The notes beneath the pieces were generated by a model. That model was not told the origin of the DNA, did no database searches, and saw only the letters and a program-made list of their open reading frames with translations. 60,000 nucleotides of DNA from Amphiscolops sp. MND2022 (Eukaryota), in NCBI GenBank assembly GCA_964187785.1, contig OZ076409.1:59708001-59768000 (forward strand). The letters are read 5' to 3'. Positions 30,301 to 41,600 of the stretch are shown here, in pieces. A program made the translations under genes and the position numbers. Every line of letters begins with the position of its first letter. The first letter of the stretch is position 1.

Positions 30301-33300
30301 TTGCTATTTTTGAGCCTTAGATATGGCGCCGACTTATGCCGTTCCCGGCTTGTTTGGAAAATAGTGTCCCCACACCTTCCGTGGTAAAATCGTATTATTC
30401 ATGGACTTTGCGGTACGATTTCTACCAACTAAGAAGTATATTTTGACCACAATTTACCGCACTATTTTTTGTATGCGAGGACACTCTTTGGATTTTTTGG
30501 TACTTTCTTTGATAAAATCTTTCAGCGCCTAAATTATGCCATGCAAATATTCATTGGCTGGTTTCTTCAATACATTAGAAACTTCGAATGAGGTAAAAAC
30601 AAACCGGGAACGGCCCAGGTCAGCACTTTCACAGTGCCAAAAATACTTCAAGGGAAACGCATTAAACTTGAAAGCCACTTTTTCCCCCACTGGAGAAAAC
30701 AAAACCTCTCACAAAACTAAAAATTGAGGAAAAAATTGATTTTTATTCGGAAGTTTTTCATAGAAGTCTCCGGTAAGTTGCATAGTGCCGAAAACCCCGA
30801 GGAGTCCTCTATACTCACAAAACGTTTCGTTTTTAGTAGAACTCGAGAGGGGGTTTCGATAAAGAACAAATTGGAAAAAGTCGCATGTAAAAAAACGCCG
30901 GACTTTAAAAAAAGCAAAATTCGGATATAGCGTGCTGAGGAAACCTAATTTTAAGACAAAAAATAATCATTTAGAAAAACCTCACAATGCCGAAAATTGT
31001 AAAAGGGGGCTTTGGGTTTTTTGAATTATCAAAAAAAATTGAACGCGACCCTTTGGAGATAATCATTTTTTTTGAAAAATGAGAATCTGGAACAATCTCA
31101 TAGTGCCGAAAAATATACAGGGGGAAACTTTGGGCTTTTTAGACATCCACTATGTTGCAAATTTTTTTAAATGAAAGGTAGATTGTTCAGAGACATTTTA
31201 AAAAATGAAAAACAAATTGGTCTCACAAAGCCGAAATAACAAGCACAAAAAAATTGGTCACGTGCGAGACTCGAACACACGGCCTTCTGTTTAGCAGACC
31301 TCGAAACATTCTGATTAACCTCTGTGCTAAGTGGCAGTAGAAGTTACTAATTTAGTGAAGCAGGAGAAGCAACAGCTTATGAAACTTATAAAATCAGTCA
31401 GTTCGTTGGTCTTGAAAAATGAAAAGTCATTACTATAGTGTGCTCTTATTACGAAAACGCCGACTAAAAATTAATTAAAGAATAACGTTTTTCTCTCTTA
31501 TTCCAATCTAGAGAGGTTGTTTTAAGGTTGTTTCTAAGAGAGATTTTCAAAAAGTTTTTAATTCAACTAGATTATAGTAGCTTTCCGTCGTGTTCGTTTC
31601 TCTTTTTCTTTAAACCACAGCCGACGTGACCATTTGGGCGCCGAATGACAAATTAGTGCCGAATTCCAAAATCATTCTAAAGATCCTCGCGTTCCATTTG
31701 GGTCGTACTTTTCATATTGTTACATGCATATTATGATTTCAAGCTATTGGTAGGTTAATTTTCAGGACTGTGCGTGTTCTTTTGAATAACTCAGTTTTGA
31801 ACTTTCCCAAAAGAGTCCTCTAATTGTTTTTGATATTTTTAGTGAGATAAAAGTCCTCAAGCTCAAAGGGTCCCCTGCTGTTTTTTCAGCACTGTGATGA
31901 TTTGGAATATTCTTGTTTTTACGCTTGTTCTTGAATCACTTACTCGAAAAAAGCTAAAACTAAAAGTGTCCACAGAGTTCAACGTCCTTTGGATATAATG
32001 GAAACCTTTGAAGTTAAATTTTTAAAGATTATACACAGCCTTGGGAATGTTCCATTTTTTGATATTTGTACTACTAAAGCATTTGAAACATCCCAAAGAG
32101 TTTCTTTCTCTCTCGGTTTACTTTATACGTTTAAGTGGGTTACACAATCTATATGAGACCGAACCCTTTTGGGCGGCACTGTGAGGCTCATACAAATACG
32201 CATAAACGTATAAAAAAGGTCCATAATTTGATTTATTACTTACTTTCTGCTTCTTTGCAGTCTGTATATCCCGGGTTGACCTAACATGTAATGTAGTTCA
32301 TACAATGTTTCCATGTATGGAAACTAGTTGTCATAAATTAAAAAAACATTTTATGATCTGGCTATGACTGACATATTTTTAGTCGGCGCTTTTCGTAGAA
32401 AAACTGACACTTTTTACGAATACTTGCCTTGTTTATTACTCCGTTTCCAAAAAAAACATTTCAATCTAAATTGAGTCTGAACGTTAAAGACATAAACTGT
32501 TAAAAGTAGGTTACTTGGAAACTCGTGTTGCGAAATCGTCGTATGCGTTTTGAATGTTTATTAGTCGGCGCTTTCCGTAGAAAACGCAGACTATAGCAGT
32601 GACTTTTCTTTTTCGTTTTTTAAGACCAACGAAGTGACAGATTTTATAAGCTGGCTTCCACTAACTGCCACACTAATGTAGCTTCTTCTGCTTCTAATTT
32701 TTTGGAGGATTTTTTGAGGTCTGCCAAGCAGAAGGACGGGTTCGAGTCCCGCCTATGACCAAAAATTTTTTGGCAGGTTTTTTCGGCTTTGTGAGACTTT
32801 TTTTCACAAATTTTTTCAATGTCTCCAAATGGTCCCTCCTTCATTTTTTCTTTTTTGCCAATGAATGGATGTTCAAAAACTCCCAAAGGGTCCCCTATTA
32901 CCCTTTTTAGCACTATGCGACTTACCGGAGACCAAAAAAAATTCGAAAAAATTCAAAAAATCGGAACGTTTTTTTTCCAACTTTTTCCTCACGCGGGTAC
33001 TGTAGAAGAGAATACTTGACACTTTGAAGTCCTTTTGCTATTTTTGAGCCTTAGATACGGCGCCGACTTGGGCCGTTCCCGGCTTGTTCTAGATAATTAT
33101 GGTATGATTTCCATGTTTTCTATAAAAGAAAACAGTAGAACAGAATTTATTTAGTAGAACATAAGTGATACTCACGGCGAGTGTCTTTGAGTGCCTGACA
33201 ACCCATTTGTCGGTGGAGTCATCAATCAACAAAACACTCTCGCCTTTGGAGAGAGACAGGCCGTTGTCCTCGTCGTAATAGGAGGTGATCACCTGCCACG

Positions 33301-33337
33301 TGTTGGGCGCACTCACCTTGTCCAGGGCACCCAGTTC
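31..33337 (-). CDS. Obscurin/UNC-89-like (Trio-related) RhoGEF gene, spliced, 5'-incomplete: SH3-SH3-DH-PH-SH3-like-Ig
   Basis: Exons read with splice boundaries and matching phases: 33176-33337, 28666-28801, 27626-27795, 25061-25303, 24103-24344, 23452-23628, 23109-23181, 22910-23002, 22152-22373, 17264-17446, 16559-16660, 16404-16482, 15876-15981, then a phase gap, then 7713-7859, 7121-7256, 6568-6708, 2570-2743, 1917-2162, 31-347 (stop at 31-33). The second SH3 (LSEGQFVEVLD...WMVRTKASKTSPVRIGWVP) resembles the obscurin SH3. DH motifs QELLCTEEAYVDDL and LIKPVQRITKY are present. Confidence 0.85.
798..919. repeat. Perfect inverted repeat, 52-bp arms with 18-nt loop
   Basis: 798-849 is the exact reverse complement of 868-919. 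Confidence 0.9.
1917..2162 (-). CDS. Exon, Ser/Pro-rich linker
   Basis: Acceptor tttgcag and donor gtactg; phase 1-1; NQKISTGSEASLSQRL...DIQSPT. Confidence 0.75.
2570..2743 (-). CDS. Exon, C-terminal half of an I-set Ig domain
   Basis: HKLSISECVLSDTGHYKCKAES (D-x-G-x-Y-x-C motif); flanked by tttcag and gtaag. Confidence 0.9.
3307..6308 (-). mobile_element. Non-autonomous Helentron-like element, family B, copy 1, with internal ~180-bp tandem repeats
   Basis: Both ends are homologous to 17533-21411 (aatttgaggctcaagaat...; tatgtgagttgaattctatg...gggcggaaaataa). Confidence 0.7.
4648..5361. mobile_element. Probable solo LTR (~710 bp) inserted in family B copy 1
   Basis: GC-richer block that starts TGTAACG and ends CGTTAC(g). 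It interrupts the repeat consensus gagacattttcaatc, with a T-rich duplication on both sides. Confidence 0.55.
6463..6531 (+). repeat. Degenerate tRNA-derived relic
   Basis: A-box-like TAGCGTAGTGGTTAG and B-box-like GTTCGATTC, ending GCCA; stems do not pair. Confidence 0.45.
6568..6708 (-). CDS. Exon, N-terminal half of an I-set Ig domain
   Basis: FDKVLKDQEVLEGQFVELDVKV...VCWLKD; flanked by ttgtag and gtaaa; phase 1-1. Confidence 0.9.
7121..7859 (-). CDS. Two exons (7713-7859, 7121-7256) encoding a divergent SH3-like domain
   Basis: FKPGDNVEVI ... VWVKALTGCKMGEVACVPREAL; canonical splice sites; phase continues into the Ig exon. Confidence 0.7.
9760..10282 (-). mobile_element. Helentron-associated (HINE/DINE-1-like) element, family A
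   Basis: Subterminal inverted repeat agtcggcgc / gcgccgact, 3' stem-loop followed by cttgtt, T-rich flanks. Confidence 0.75.
10748..11222 (+). mobile_element. HINE-like element, family A
   Basis: ttagtcggcgcttttc...ggcgccgacttgggccgttcccggcttgtt. Confidence 0.8.
11371..11903. mobile_element. Non-autonomous EnSpm/CMC-type MITE
   Basis: Ends cccagtgtaaaaactcttg / caagagttttttacattggg; 2-bp TSD CT on both sides; caaga/tcttg subterminal repeats. Confidence 0.75.
12355..12633 (+). mobile_element. Truncated family A HINE-like copy
   Basis: Internal core plus 3' end ggcgccgacttttgccatttccggtttgtt. Confidence 0.65.
12774..13575. mobile_element. Non-autonomous EnSpm/CMC-type MITE with ~30-bp subterminal repeats
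   Basis: TIR cccgggtttccc / gggaaacccggg; 2-bp TSD AT; repeats of tatgattccaggcYgatcatactctggacca. Confidence 0.75.
14079..14570 (+). mobile_element. HINE-like element, family A
   Basis: ttagtcggcgct...ggcgccgactttagacgatcccgtcttgtt. Confidence 0.75.
15269..15726. mobile_element. hAT-type MITE
   Basis: Imperfect TIR caggggtgtgaaa / tttacacctctg; exact 8-bp TSD cttttgac at 15261-15268 and 15727-15734. Confidence 0.85.
15876..17446 (-). CDS. PH-domain exons (17264-17446, 16559-16660, 16404-16482) plus linker exon 15876-15981
   Basis: GALIMIDDVTVW..GKERTLFLFRHMILFTK..YCYKKHM / DKRRFEL / AKSFYKKEAWVKEI, typical of a DH-associated PH domain. Confidence 0.88.
17533..21411 (-). mobile_element. 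Helentron-like element, family B, copy 2 (~3.9 kb)
   Basis: Subterminal inverted repeat tattttccgccc / gggcggaaaata; stem-loop cgctg-ag-cagcg next to the aacaag terminus; ~180-bp tandem array at ~19700-21200. Confidence 0.75.
22152..23628 (-). CDS. RhoGEF (DH) domain exons 23452-23628, 23109-23181, 22910-23002, 22152-22373
   Basis: QELLCTEEAYVDDL; LFVNIEKIFNFNH; FLPELK..VGNCF; FEMYVEYC; YLIKPVQRITKYHLILKEILK. All joins are in phase. Confidence 0.93.
24103..25303 (-). CDS. Second (obscurin-type) SH3 domain, exons 25061-25303 and 24103-24344
   Basis: YRAIANY...LSEGQFVEVLDNSNANKWMVRTKASKTSPVRI|GWVPSSFLE. Confidence 0.88.
25455..26031 (-). mobile_element. HINE-like element, family A
   Basis: aacaagccgggaacgacataagtcggcgcc ... 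gctccgactaa. Confidence 0.8.
26046..26775 (+). mobile_element. HINE-like element, family A, with internal tandem duplications
   Basis: ttagtcggcgcttcatgaag ... ggcgccgacttgggccggtcccggcttgtt. Confidence 0.8.
27626..27795 (-). CDS. Exon, Gly/acidic linker
   Basis: Acceptor ttgtag; phase 1-0 fits both neighbours; GC-rich against intron background. Confidence 0.75.
28666..33337 (-). CDS. First SH3 domain, exons 33176-33337 and 28666-28801
   Basis: WQVITSY..GLSLSKGESVLLIDDSTDKWVVRHSKTLA|LGCVPAYIL. Confidence 0.85.
28962..29234. repeat. Cluster of three abutting long palindromes
   Basis: 28962-29013 (52 bp, no loop); 29026-29104 (39-bp arms, 1-nt loop); 29096-29234 (~70-bp arms, one indel). Confidence 0.9.
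29937..30354 (+). mobile_element. HINE-like element, family A
   Basis: Same termini as the other family A copies. Confidence 0.8.
30598..31467 (-). mobile_element. HINE-like element, family A variant with a tRNA-like fragment
   Basis: aacaaaccgggaacggcccagg ... acgccgactaa; tRNA-like T arm at ~31256-31300. Confidence 0.65.
32561..33088 (+). mobile_element. HINE-like element, family A variant with a tRNA-like 3' half
   Basis: Family A termini; 32718-32761 contains cgggTTCGAGTcccg and ends in acca. Confidence 0.8.
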
Positions 33338-34092
33338 CTGTTCGAAAGAAAAATATGACGTCATTCCATAAAAAGTATCAACACTTCATGACGGTGAAGA
33401 TTTTTTCATTCTCTGTTTCTGTTTTGATTGTTGTTCAAAAAATACTACAAATAACGATTTCATTTGAAACAAGTTGGCTCCTAAAAACCGGGATGTTTTT
33501 CGTACTGATTTCCTTAAACGACACACGCGAACACGGAGAAGCCAAATATTTTGTTCCATCGAAATAGTCACATTTTTCTTCGTTTCGGCAAAAAGGAATA
33601 AAAAGTTTCGTCTGAATAGACGTCCGTTATACCGTTGACAGTTGCAAAGTGTTCAGAAAAGAAACATATTCAATAGAAAACGAAGTTTTTTGTCACAAAC
33701 AGTTCTAGTTCCAACTAAAAGTTGTCCTCATTCCATGCAGGCTAACAGGAGTCAAAGCAAGGAGCCATTTATGGGCAATTTTTTGAACTTTTTGTGTCAT
33801 TGATCGAGTATTATGCGCGGTTTTGATTCAGTATTGGTTTAGTAAATGGCGAACAATCAAAATACAACATCGTCCGAAACGAAAAAGTCGTCACTTTTTC
33901 GAGAAAATCTTATACGGAATTTATGAAAAAATAGATCAGATGAAAATGGAGTGTTCATTTTTTAAAATAGCTGTTTCTCAGTAGAAAAAACATGATAATC
34001 AATACTGATGAAAAATAGGACCATGAGAGGAAACTTTCTGAATGAGGTAAAATTCTCAGTTACTCATTCAACGGTAAGTTGAAACTTTTCCA

Positions 34093-34255
34093 CGTAAAGC
34101 GACAATTCGTCCCAAGCGACGATTCGTCCCAAGCGACAATTCGTCCCAAATTCCAAAAGGCGACAATTCGTCCCAAGCGACAATTCGTCCCATTTTGAAA
34201 AGGCGACAATTCGTCCCAATTATTAAAAGCTGCAATTTGTCCCCAATTTAATTGC
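34093..34255 (+). repeat. Left arm of a host TIR element (17-bp aagcgacaattcgtccc repeats)
   Basis: About seven copies of gcgacaattcgtccca; inverted counterpart at 54897-54967. Confidence 0.7.
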
Positions 34256-34589
34256 CAATAAAGACCTTTGTAATGATGAATCCGGAAAGATTACAATTAG
34301 AGGCAGGTGCCAACAATTAATTTTAACATTCCACGACTAGTACGTTAAAATGCACCCGTACTGACAACCCATGGTAACCCACCGGTGGCCACCGCATTTC
34401 CCATCGCAGCCCCACCGGTGGCCACCATGGTGGCCGTAACCCATTTTGTGGTGGCCACCGGTGGATCACCGGTGGCCACCGGTGGGTAAAAATGGGTCTT
34501 TAGTGAAAAAACCCACACGAATAAATTTTGTGGTATCCTTTTAAAACTGTCAAAATCTAAAATAACTAAAACAAATCGGAAAAAGATTT

Positions 34590-35645
34590 CAAATTACTGG
34601 GAAAACCACTGGAATAAGATCAAAAATTACCAAAAAACGCTGGAATAAGATCTGAAATCGCTGAGAAAACTACTAAAATAGGATCTAAAATCACCATAAA
34701 AAACCAGTGGAATAAGATAAAATCACCATAAAAAACCACTGGAATAAGATCTAAAATTACCAAAAAAGCACTGTAACAAGTTCTAAAATCACTAAAAAAA
34801 CTACTGGTTTAAGTCTAAAATTACAAAAAAACACTGGAACAAGATCTAAAATTACCAAAAAATACTGGAATAAGATCTAAAATCACTGAAAAAACCACAG
34901 GAATAAGATCTAACATCACCGAAAAAACACCAGAATAACATCTAAAACTACTGAAAAAACCCTGGAATAAGATCTTAACTCACTGGATAACCACTGGAAA
35001 AAGATCTAAAAGTACCGAAAAAACACTGGAATGAGATCTAAAATCACTGAAAAACCACTGGTTTAGGTCTAAAATTACAGAAAAAAAAACGCTGGAATAA
35101 GATCTGAAATCGCTGAGAAAACTACTAAAATAGGATCTAAAATCACCATAAAAAACCAGTGGAATAAGATAAAATCACCTTAAAAAACCACTGGAATAAG
35201 ATCTAAAATTACCAAAAAATACTGGAATAAGATCTGAAATCGCTGGAAAAACCACTAAAATAGGATCTAAAATCAACATGAAAAACCAGTGGGATGAGAT
35301 ATAAAATACAAAATCATCACAAAAACCGACTGGAATAAAATCTGAAATTACCAAAAAACACTGGAATAAGATCTGAAATCGCTGAGAAAACTACTAAAAT
35401 AGATCTAAAATCACCATAAAAAACCAGTGGAATAAGATAAAATCACCATAAAAAACCACTGGAATAAGATCTAAAATTACCAAAAAATACTGGAATAAGA
35501 TCTGAAATCACAGGAAAAACCACTAAAATAGGATCTAAAAACACCATAAAAAACCAGTGGAATAAGATAAAAAATCACCATAAAAACCAGTGGAAGAAGA
35601 TACATAATCACCATAAAAAACCACTGGAATAAGAACTGAAATCGC
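34590..35645 (+). repeat. ~32-bp minisatellite, left arm
   Basis: Tandem variants of ccactggaataagatctaaaattaccaaaaaa. Confidence 0.9.
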
Positions 35646-35659
35646 TGAATTATTATAAA

Positions 35660-38600
35660 AGTGAAAACCGAGATCTGAAACAAGGCAGTTTTCAACATCT
35701 GCCAAAACGCAAATGAGGAAGCAACACTGGGGACACTGACGATCAGGAAGATCATTTAGAGAGTCCCACAAAACGAAAAGGAAGATAATTCATCAAAAAC
35801 ACTGTTGGATATCTACCGAGGTCCATCAGAAAATCAAATCAGGACCACGGAAATTTCCATTTTTTTAGTCTTGGTTGGCCAACTGAAATACAGACGACAC
35901 TAGCAGGGCTACCAATGAGCAGGTGCAATATAAAGCCCCATCCACGAAGGAAATTTCAGTTATGTCATCAAAATATATAGAGTTTAGAAGTTTGTCATGT
36001 TCCTTAAAAAACCGAAAACGGAGATCTGAAACAAGGCAGTTTTCAAAATCTGCCGAAACGCAGACGAGGAAACAACACCGGGAACACTGGCAATTAGGAT
36101 GACCATTTAGAGAGTCCCACAAAACGAAGTGAAAGATAATTCAACAAAAACACTGTTGGATGTCTACCGAGGTCCATCAGAAAAACCAATCAGGACCACG
36201 GAAATGTCCATTTTTTTAGTCTTGGTTGGCCAACTGAAATGCAGTCGACACTAGCAGGGCTACCAACGAGCAGGTGCAATATAAAGCCCCATCCACGAAG
36301 GAACATTCAGATAAGTCATCAAAATTTAGAGTTTAGAAGTTTGTCAAGTACCTTATAAAAGTGAAATCAGAGATCTGAAAACAACGCAGTTTTCAACATC
36401 TGCCAAAACGCAAACGAGGAAGCAACACTGGGGACACTGACAATCAGGAAGATCACTTAGAGAGTCCCACAAAACGAAAAGGAAGATAATTCATCAAAAA
36501 CACTGTTGGATATCTACCGAGGTCCATCAGAAAATCAAATCAGGACCACGGAAATTTCCATTTTTTTAGTCTTGGTTGGCCAACTGAAATACAGACGACA
36601 CTAGCAGGGCTACCAACGAGCAGGTGCAATATAAAGCCCCATCCACGAAGGAACATTCAGATAAGTCATCAAAATTTAGAGTTTAGAAGTTTGTCAAGTA
36701 CCTTATAAAAGTGAAATCAGAGATCTGAAAACAACGCAGTTTTCAACATCTGCCAAAACGCAAACGAGGAAGCAACACTGGGGACACTGACAATCAGGAA
36801 GATCACTTAAAGAGTCCCACAAAACGAAAAGGAAGATAATTCATCAAAAACACTGTTGGATATCTACCGAGGTCCATCAGAAAATCAAATCAGGACCACG
36901 GAAATTTCCATTTTTTTAGTCTTGGTTGGCCAACTGAAATACAGACGACACTAGCAGGGCTACCAACGAGCAGGTGCAATATAAAGCCCCATCCACGAAG
37001 GAACATTCAGATAAGTCATCAAAATTTAGAGTTTAGAAGTTTGTCAAGTACCTTATAAAAGTGAAATCAGAGATCTGAAAACAACGCAGTTTTCAACATC
37101 TGCCAAAACGCAAACGAGGAAGCAACACTGGGGACACTGACAATCAGGAAGATCACTTAAAGAGTCCCACAAAACGAAAAGGAAGATAATTCATCAAAAA
37201 CACTGTTGGATATCTACCGAGGTCCATCAGAAAATCAAATCAGGACCACGGAAATTTCCATTTTTTTAGTCTTGGTTGGCCAACTGAAATACAGACGACA
37301 CTAGCAGGGCTACCAACGAGCAGGTGCAATATAAAGCCCCATCCACGAAGGAACATTCAGTTATGTCATCAAAATATATAGAGTTTAGAAGTTTGTCATG
37401 TTCCTTAAAAAACCGAAAACGGAGATCTGAAACAAGGCAGTTTTCAAAAGCTGCCGAAACGCAAACGAGGAAGCAACACTGGGGACACTGACAATCAGGA
37501 AGATCACTTAAAGAGTCCCACAAAACGAAAAGGAAGATAATTCATCAAAAACACTGTTGGATATCTACCGAGGTCCATCAGAAAATCAAATCAGGACCAC
37601 GGAAATTTCCATTTTTTTAGTCTTGGTTGGCCAACTGAAATACAGACGACACTAGCAGGGCTACCAACGAGCAAGTGCAATATAAAGCCCCATCCACGAA
37701 GGAACATTCAGATAAGTCATCAAAATTTAGAGTTTAGAAGTTTGTCAAGTACCTTATAAAAGTGAAATCAGAGATCTGAAAACAACGCAGTTTTCAACAT
37801 CTGCCAAAACGCAAACGAGGAAGCAACACTGGGGACACTGACAATCAGGAAGATCACTTAAAGAGTCCCACAAAACGAAAAGGAAGATAATTCATCAAAA
37901 ACACTGTTGGATATCTACCGAGGTCCATCAGAAAATCAAATCAGGACCACGGAAATTTCCATTTTTTTAGTCTTGGTTGGCCAACTGAAATACAGACGAC
38001 ACTAGCAGGGCTACCAACGAGCAGGTGCAATATAAAGCCCCATCCACGAAGGAACATTCAGATAAGTCATCAAAATTTAGAGTTTAGAAGTTTGTCAAGT
38101 ACCTTATAAAAGTGAAATCAGAGATCTGAAAACAACGCAGTTTTCAACATCTGCCAAAACGCAAACGAGGAAGCAACACTGGGGACACTGACAATCAGGA
38201 AGATCACTTAAAGAGTCCCACAAAACGAAAAGGAAGATAATTCATCAAAAACACTGTTGGATATCTACCGAGGTCCATCAGAAAATCAAATCAGGACCAC
38301 GGAAATTTCCATTTTTTTAGTCTTGGTTGGCCAACTGAAATACAGACGACACTAGCAGGGCTACCAACGAGCAGGTGCAATATAAAGCCCCATCCACGAA
38401 GGAACATTCAGTTATGTCATCAAAATATATAGAGTTTAGAAGTTTGTCATGTTCCTTAAAAAACCGAAAACGGAGATCTGAAACAAGGCAGTTTTCAAAA
38501 GCTGCCGAAACGCAGACGAGGAAACAACACCGGGAACACTGGCAATTAGGATGACCATTTAGAGAGTCCCACAAAACGAAGTGAAAGATAATTCAACAAA

Positions 38601-41600
38601 AACACTGTTGGATGTCTACCGAGGTCCATCAGAAAAACCAATCAGGACCACGGAAATGTCCATTTTTTTAGTCTTGGTTGGCCAACTGAAATACAGACGA
38701 CACTAGCAGGGCTACCAACGAGCAGGTGCAATATAAAGCCCCATCCACGAAGGAACATTCAGTTATGTCATCAAAATATATAGAGTTTAGAAGTTTGTCA
38801 TGTTCCTTAAAAAACCGAAAACGGAGATCTGAAACAAGGCAGTTTTCAAAAGCTGCCGAAACGCAGACGAGGAAACAACACCGGGAACACTGGCAATTAG
38901 GATGACCATTTAGAGAGTCCCACAAAACGAAGTGAAAGATAACTCAACAAAAACACTGTTGGATGTCTACCGAGGTCCATCAGAAAAACCAATCAGGACC
39001 ACGGAAATGTCCATTTTTTTAGTCTTGGTTGGCCAACTGAAATACAGACGACACTAGCAGGGCTACAACGAGCAGGTGCAAGAAAAAACCCCATCCACGA
39101 AGGAACATTCAGATAAGTCATCAAAATTTAGAGTTTAGAAGTTTGTCAAGTACCTTATAAAAGTGAAATCAGAGATCTGAAAACAACGCAGTTTTCAACA
39201 TCTGCCAAAACGCAGACGAGGAAACAACACCGGGAACACTGGCAATTAGGATGACCATTTAGAGAGTCCCACAAAACGAAGTGAAAGATAATTCAACAAA
39301 AACACTGTTGGATGTCTACCGAGGTCCATCAGAAAAACCAATCAGGACCACGGAAATGTCCATTTTTTTAGTCTTGGTTGGCCAACTGAAATGCAGTCGA
39401 CACTAGCAGGGCTACCAACGAGCAGGTGCAATATAAAGCCCCATGCACGAAGGAACATTCAGATAAGTCATCAAAATTTAGAGTTTAGAAGTTTGTCAAG
39501 TACCTTATAAAAGTGAAATCAGAGATCTGAAAACAACGCAGTTTTCAACATCTGCCAAAACGCAAACGAGGAAGCAACACTGGGGACACTGACAATCAGG
39601 AAGATCACTTAGAGAGTCCCACAAAACGAAAAGGAAGATAATTCATCAAAAACACTGTTGGATATCTACCGAGGTCCATCAGAAAATCAAATCAGGACCA
39701 CGGAAATTTCCATTTTTTTAGTCTTGGTTGGCCAACTGAAATACAGACGACACTAGCAGGGCTACCAACAAGCAGGTGCAATATAAAGCCCCATCCACGA
39801 AGGAACATTCAGTTATGTCATCAAAATATAGAGTTTAGAAGTTTGTCATGTTCCTTAAAAAACCGAAAACGGAGATCTGAAACAAGGCAGTTTTCAAAAT
39901 CTGCCGAAACGCAGACGAGGAAACAACACTGGGGACACTGACAATCAGGAAGATCATTTGGAGAGTCCCACAAAACGAAAAGGAAGATAATTCATCAAAA
40001 ACACTGTTGGATATCTACCGAGGTCCATCAGAAAATCAAATCAGGACCACGGAAATTTCCATTTTTTTAGTCTTGGTTGGCCAACTGAAATGCAGTCGAC
40101 ACTAGCAGGGCTACCAACGAGCAGGTGCAAGAAAAAGCCCCATCCACGAAGGAACATTCAGATAAGTCATCAAAATATAGAGTTTAGAAGTTTGTCATGT
40201 TCCTTAAAAAACCGAAAACGGAGATCTGAAACAAGGCAGTTTTCAAAATCTGCCGAAACGCAGACGAGGAAGCAACACTGGGGACACTAACGATTAGGAA
40301 GATCATTTAGAGAGTCCCACAAACTGAAAAAAAGATAATTCATCGCAAACCACTGTTGGATATCTACCGAGGTCCATTAGAAAATCAGATCAGGACCACG
40401 GAAATTTCCATTTTTCTAGTCTTGGTTGGCCAACTGAAATACAGACGACACTAGCAGGGCTACCAACGAGCAGGTGCAATATAAAGCCCCATCCACGAAG
40501 GAACATTCAGTTATGTCATCAAAATATATAGAGTTTAGAAGTTTGTCATGTTCCTTAAAAAACCGAAAACGGAGATCTGAAACAAGGCAGTTTTCAAAAG
40601 CTGCCGAAACGCAGACGAGGAAACAACACCGGGAACACTGGCAATTAGGATGACCATTTAGAGAGTCCCACAAAACGAAGTGAAAGATAATTCAACAAAA
40701 ACACTGTTGGATGTCTACCGAGGTCCATCAGAAAAACCAATCAGGACCACGGAAATGTCCATTTTTTTAGTCTTGGTTGGCCAACTGAAATGCAGTCAAC
40801 ACTAGCAGGGCTACCAACGAGCAGGTGCAAGAAAAAGCCCCATCCACGAAGGAACATTCAGATAAGTCATCAAAATTTAGAGTTTAGAAGTTTGTCAAGT
40901 ACCTTATAAAAGTGAAATCAGAGATCTGAAAACAACGCAGTTTTCAACATCTGCCAAAACGGAAACGAGGAAGCAACACTGGGGACACTGACAATCGGGA
41001 AGATAATTTAGAGAGTCCCACAAAACGAAAAAGAAGATAATTCTTAGAGTCCCACAAAACGAAAAGGAAGATAATTCATCAAAAACACTGTTGGATATCT
41101 ACCGAGGTCCATCATAAAATCAAGTCAGGACCACGGAAATTTCCATTTTTTTAGTCTTGGTTGGCCAACTGAAATACAGACGACACTAGCAGGGCTACCA
41201 ACGAGCAGGTGCAATATAAAGCCCCATCCACGAAGGAACATTCAGATAAGTATCAAAATTTAGAGCTTAGAAGTTTGTCAAGTACCTTATAAAGTGAAAT
41301 CAGAGATCTGAAAACAAGGCAGTTTTCAAAATCTGCCGAAACGCAAACGAGGAAGCAACACTGGGGACACTAACGATTAGGAAGATCATTTACAGAGTCC
41401 CACAAACTGAAAAAAAAGATAATTCATCGCAAACCACTGTTGGATATCTACCGAGGTCCATCAGAAAATCAGATCAGGACCACGGAAATTTCCATTTTTC
41501 TAGTCTTGGTTGGCCAACTGAAATACAGACGACACTAGCAGGGCTACCAACGAGCAGGTGCAATATAAAGCCCCATCCACAAAGGAACATTCAGTTATGT

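Noticed and set aside
34590..35645. CRISPR-like array
   Set aside because: Units are contiguous degenerate copies with no unique spacers, there are no cas genes and the context is eukaryotic.
36120..36200. Hammerhead ribozyme or snoRNA in the 350-bp unit
   Set aside because: The closest match is ctgatgga rather than CUGANGA, and I could not find the required stems.
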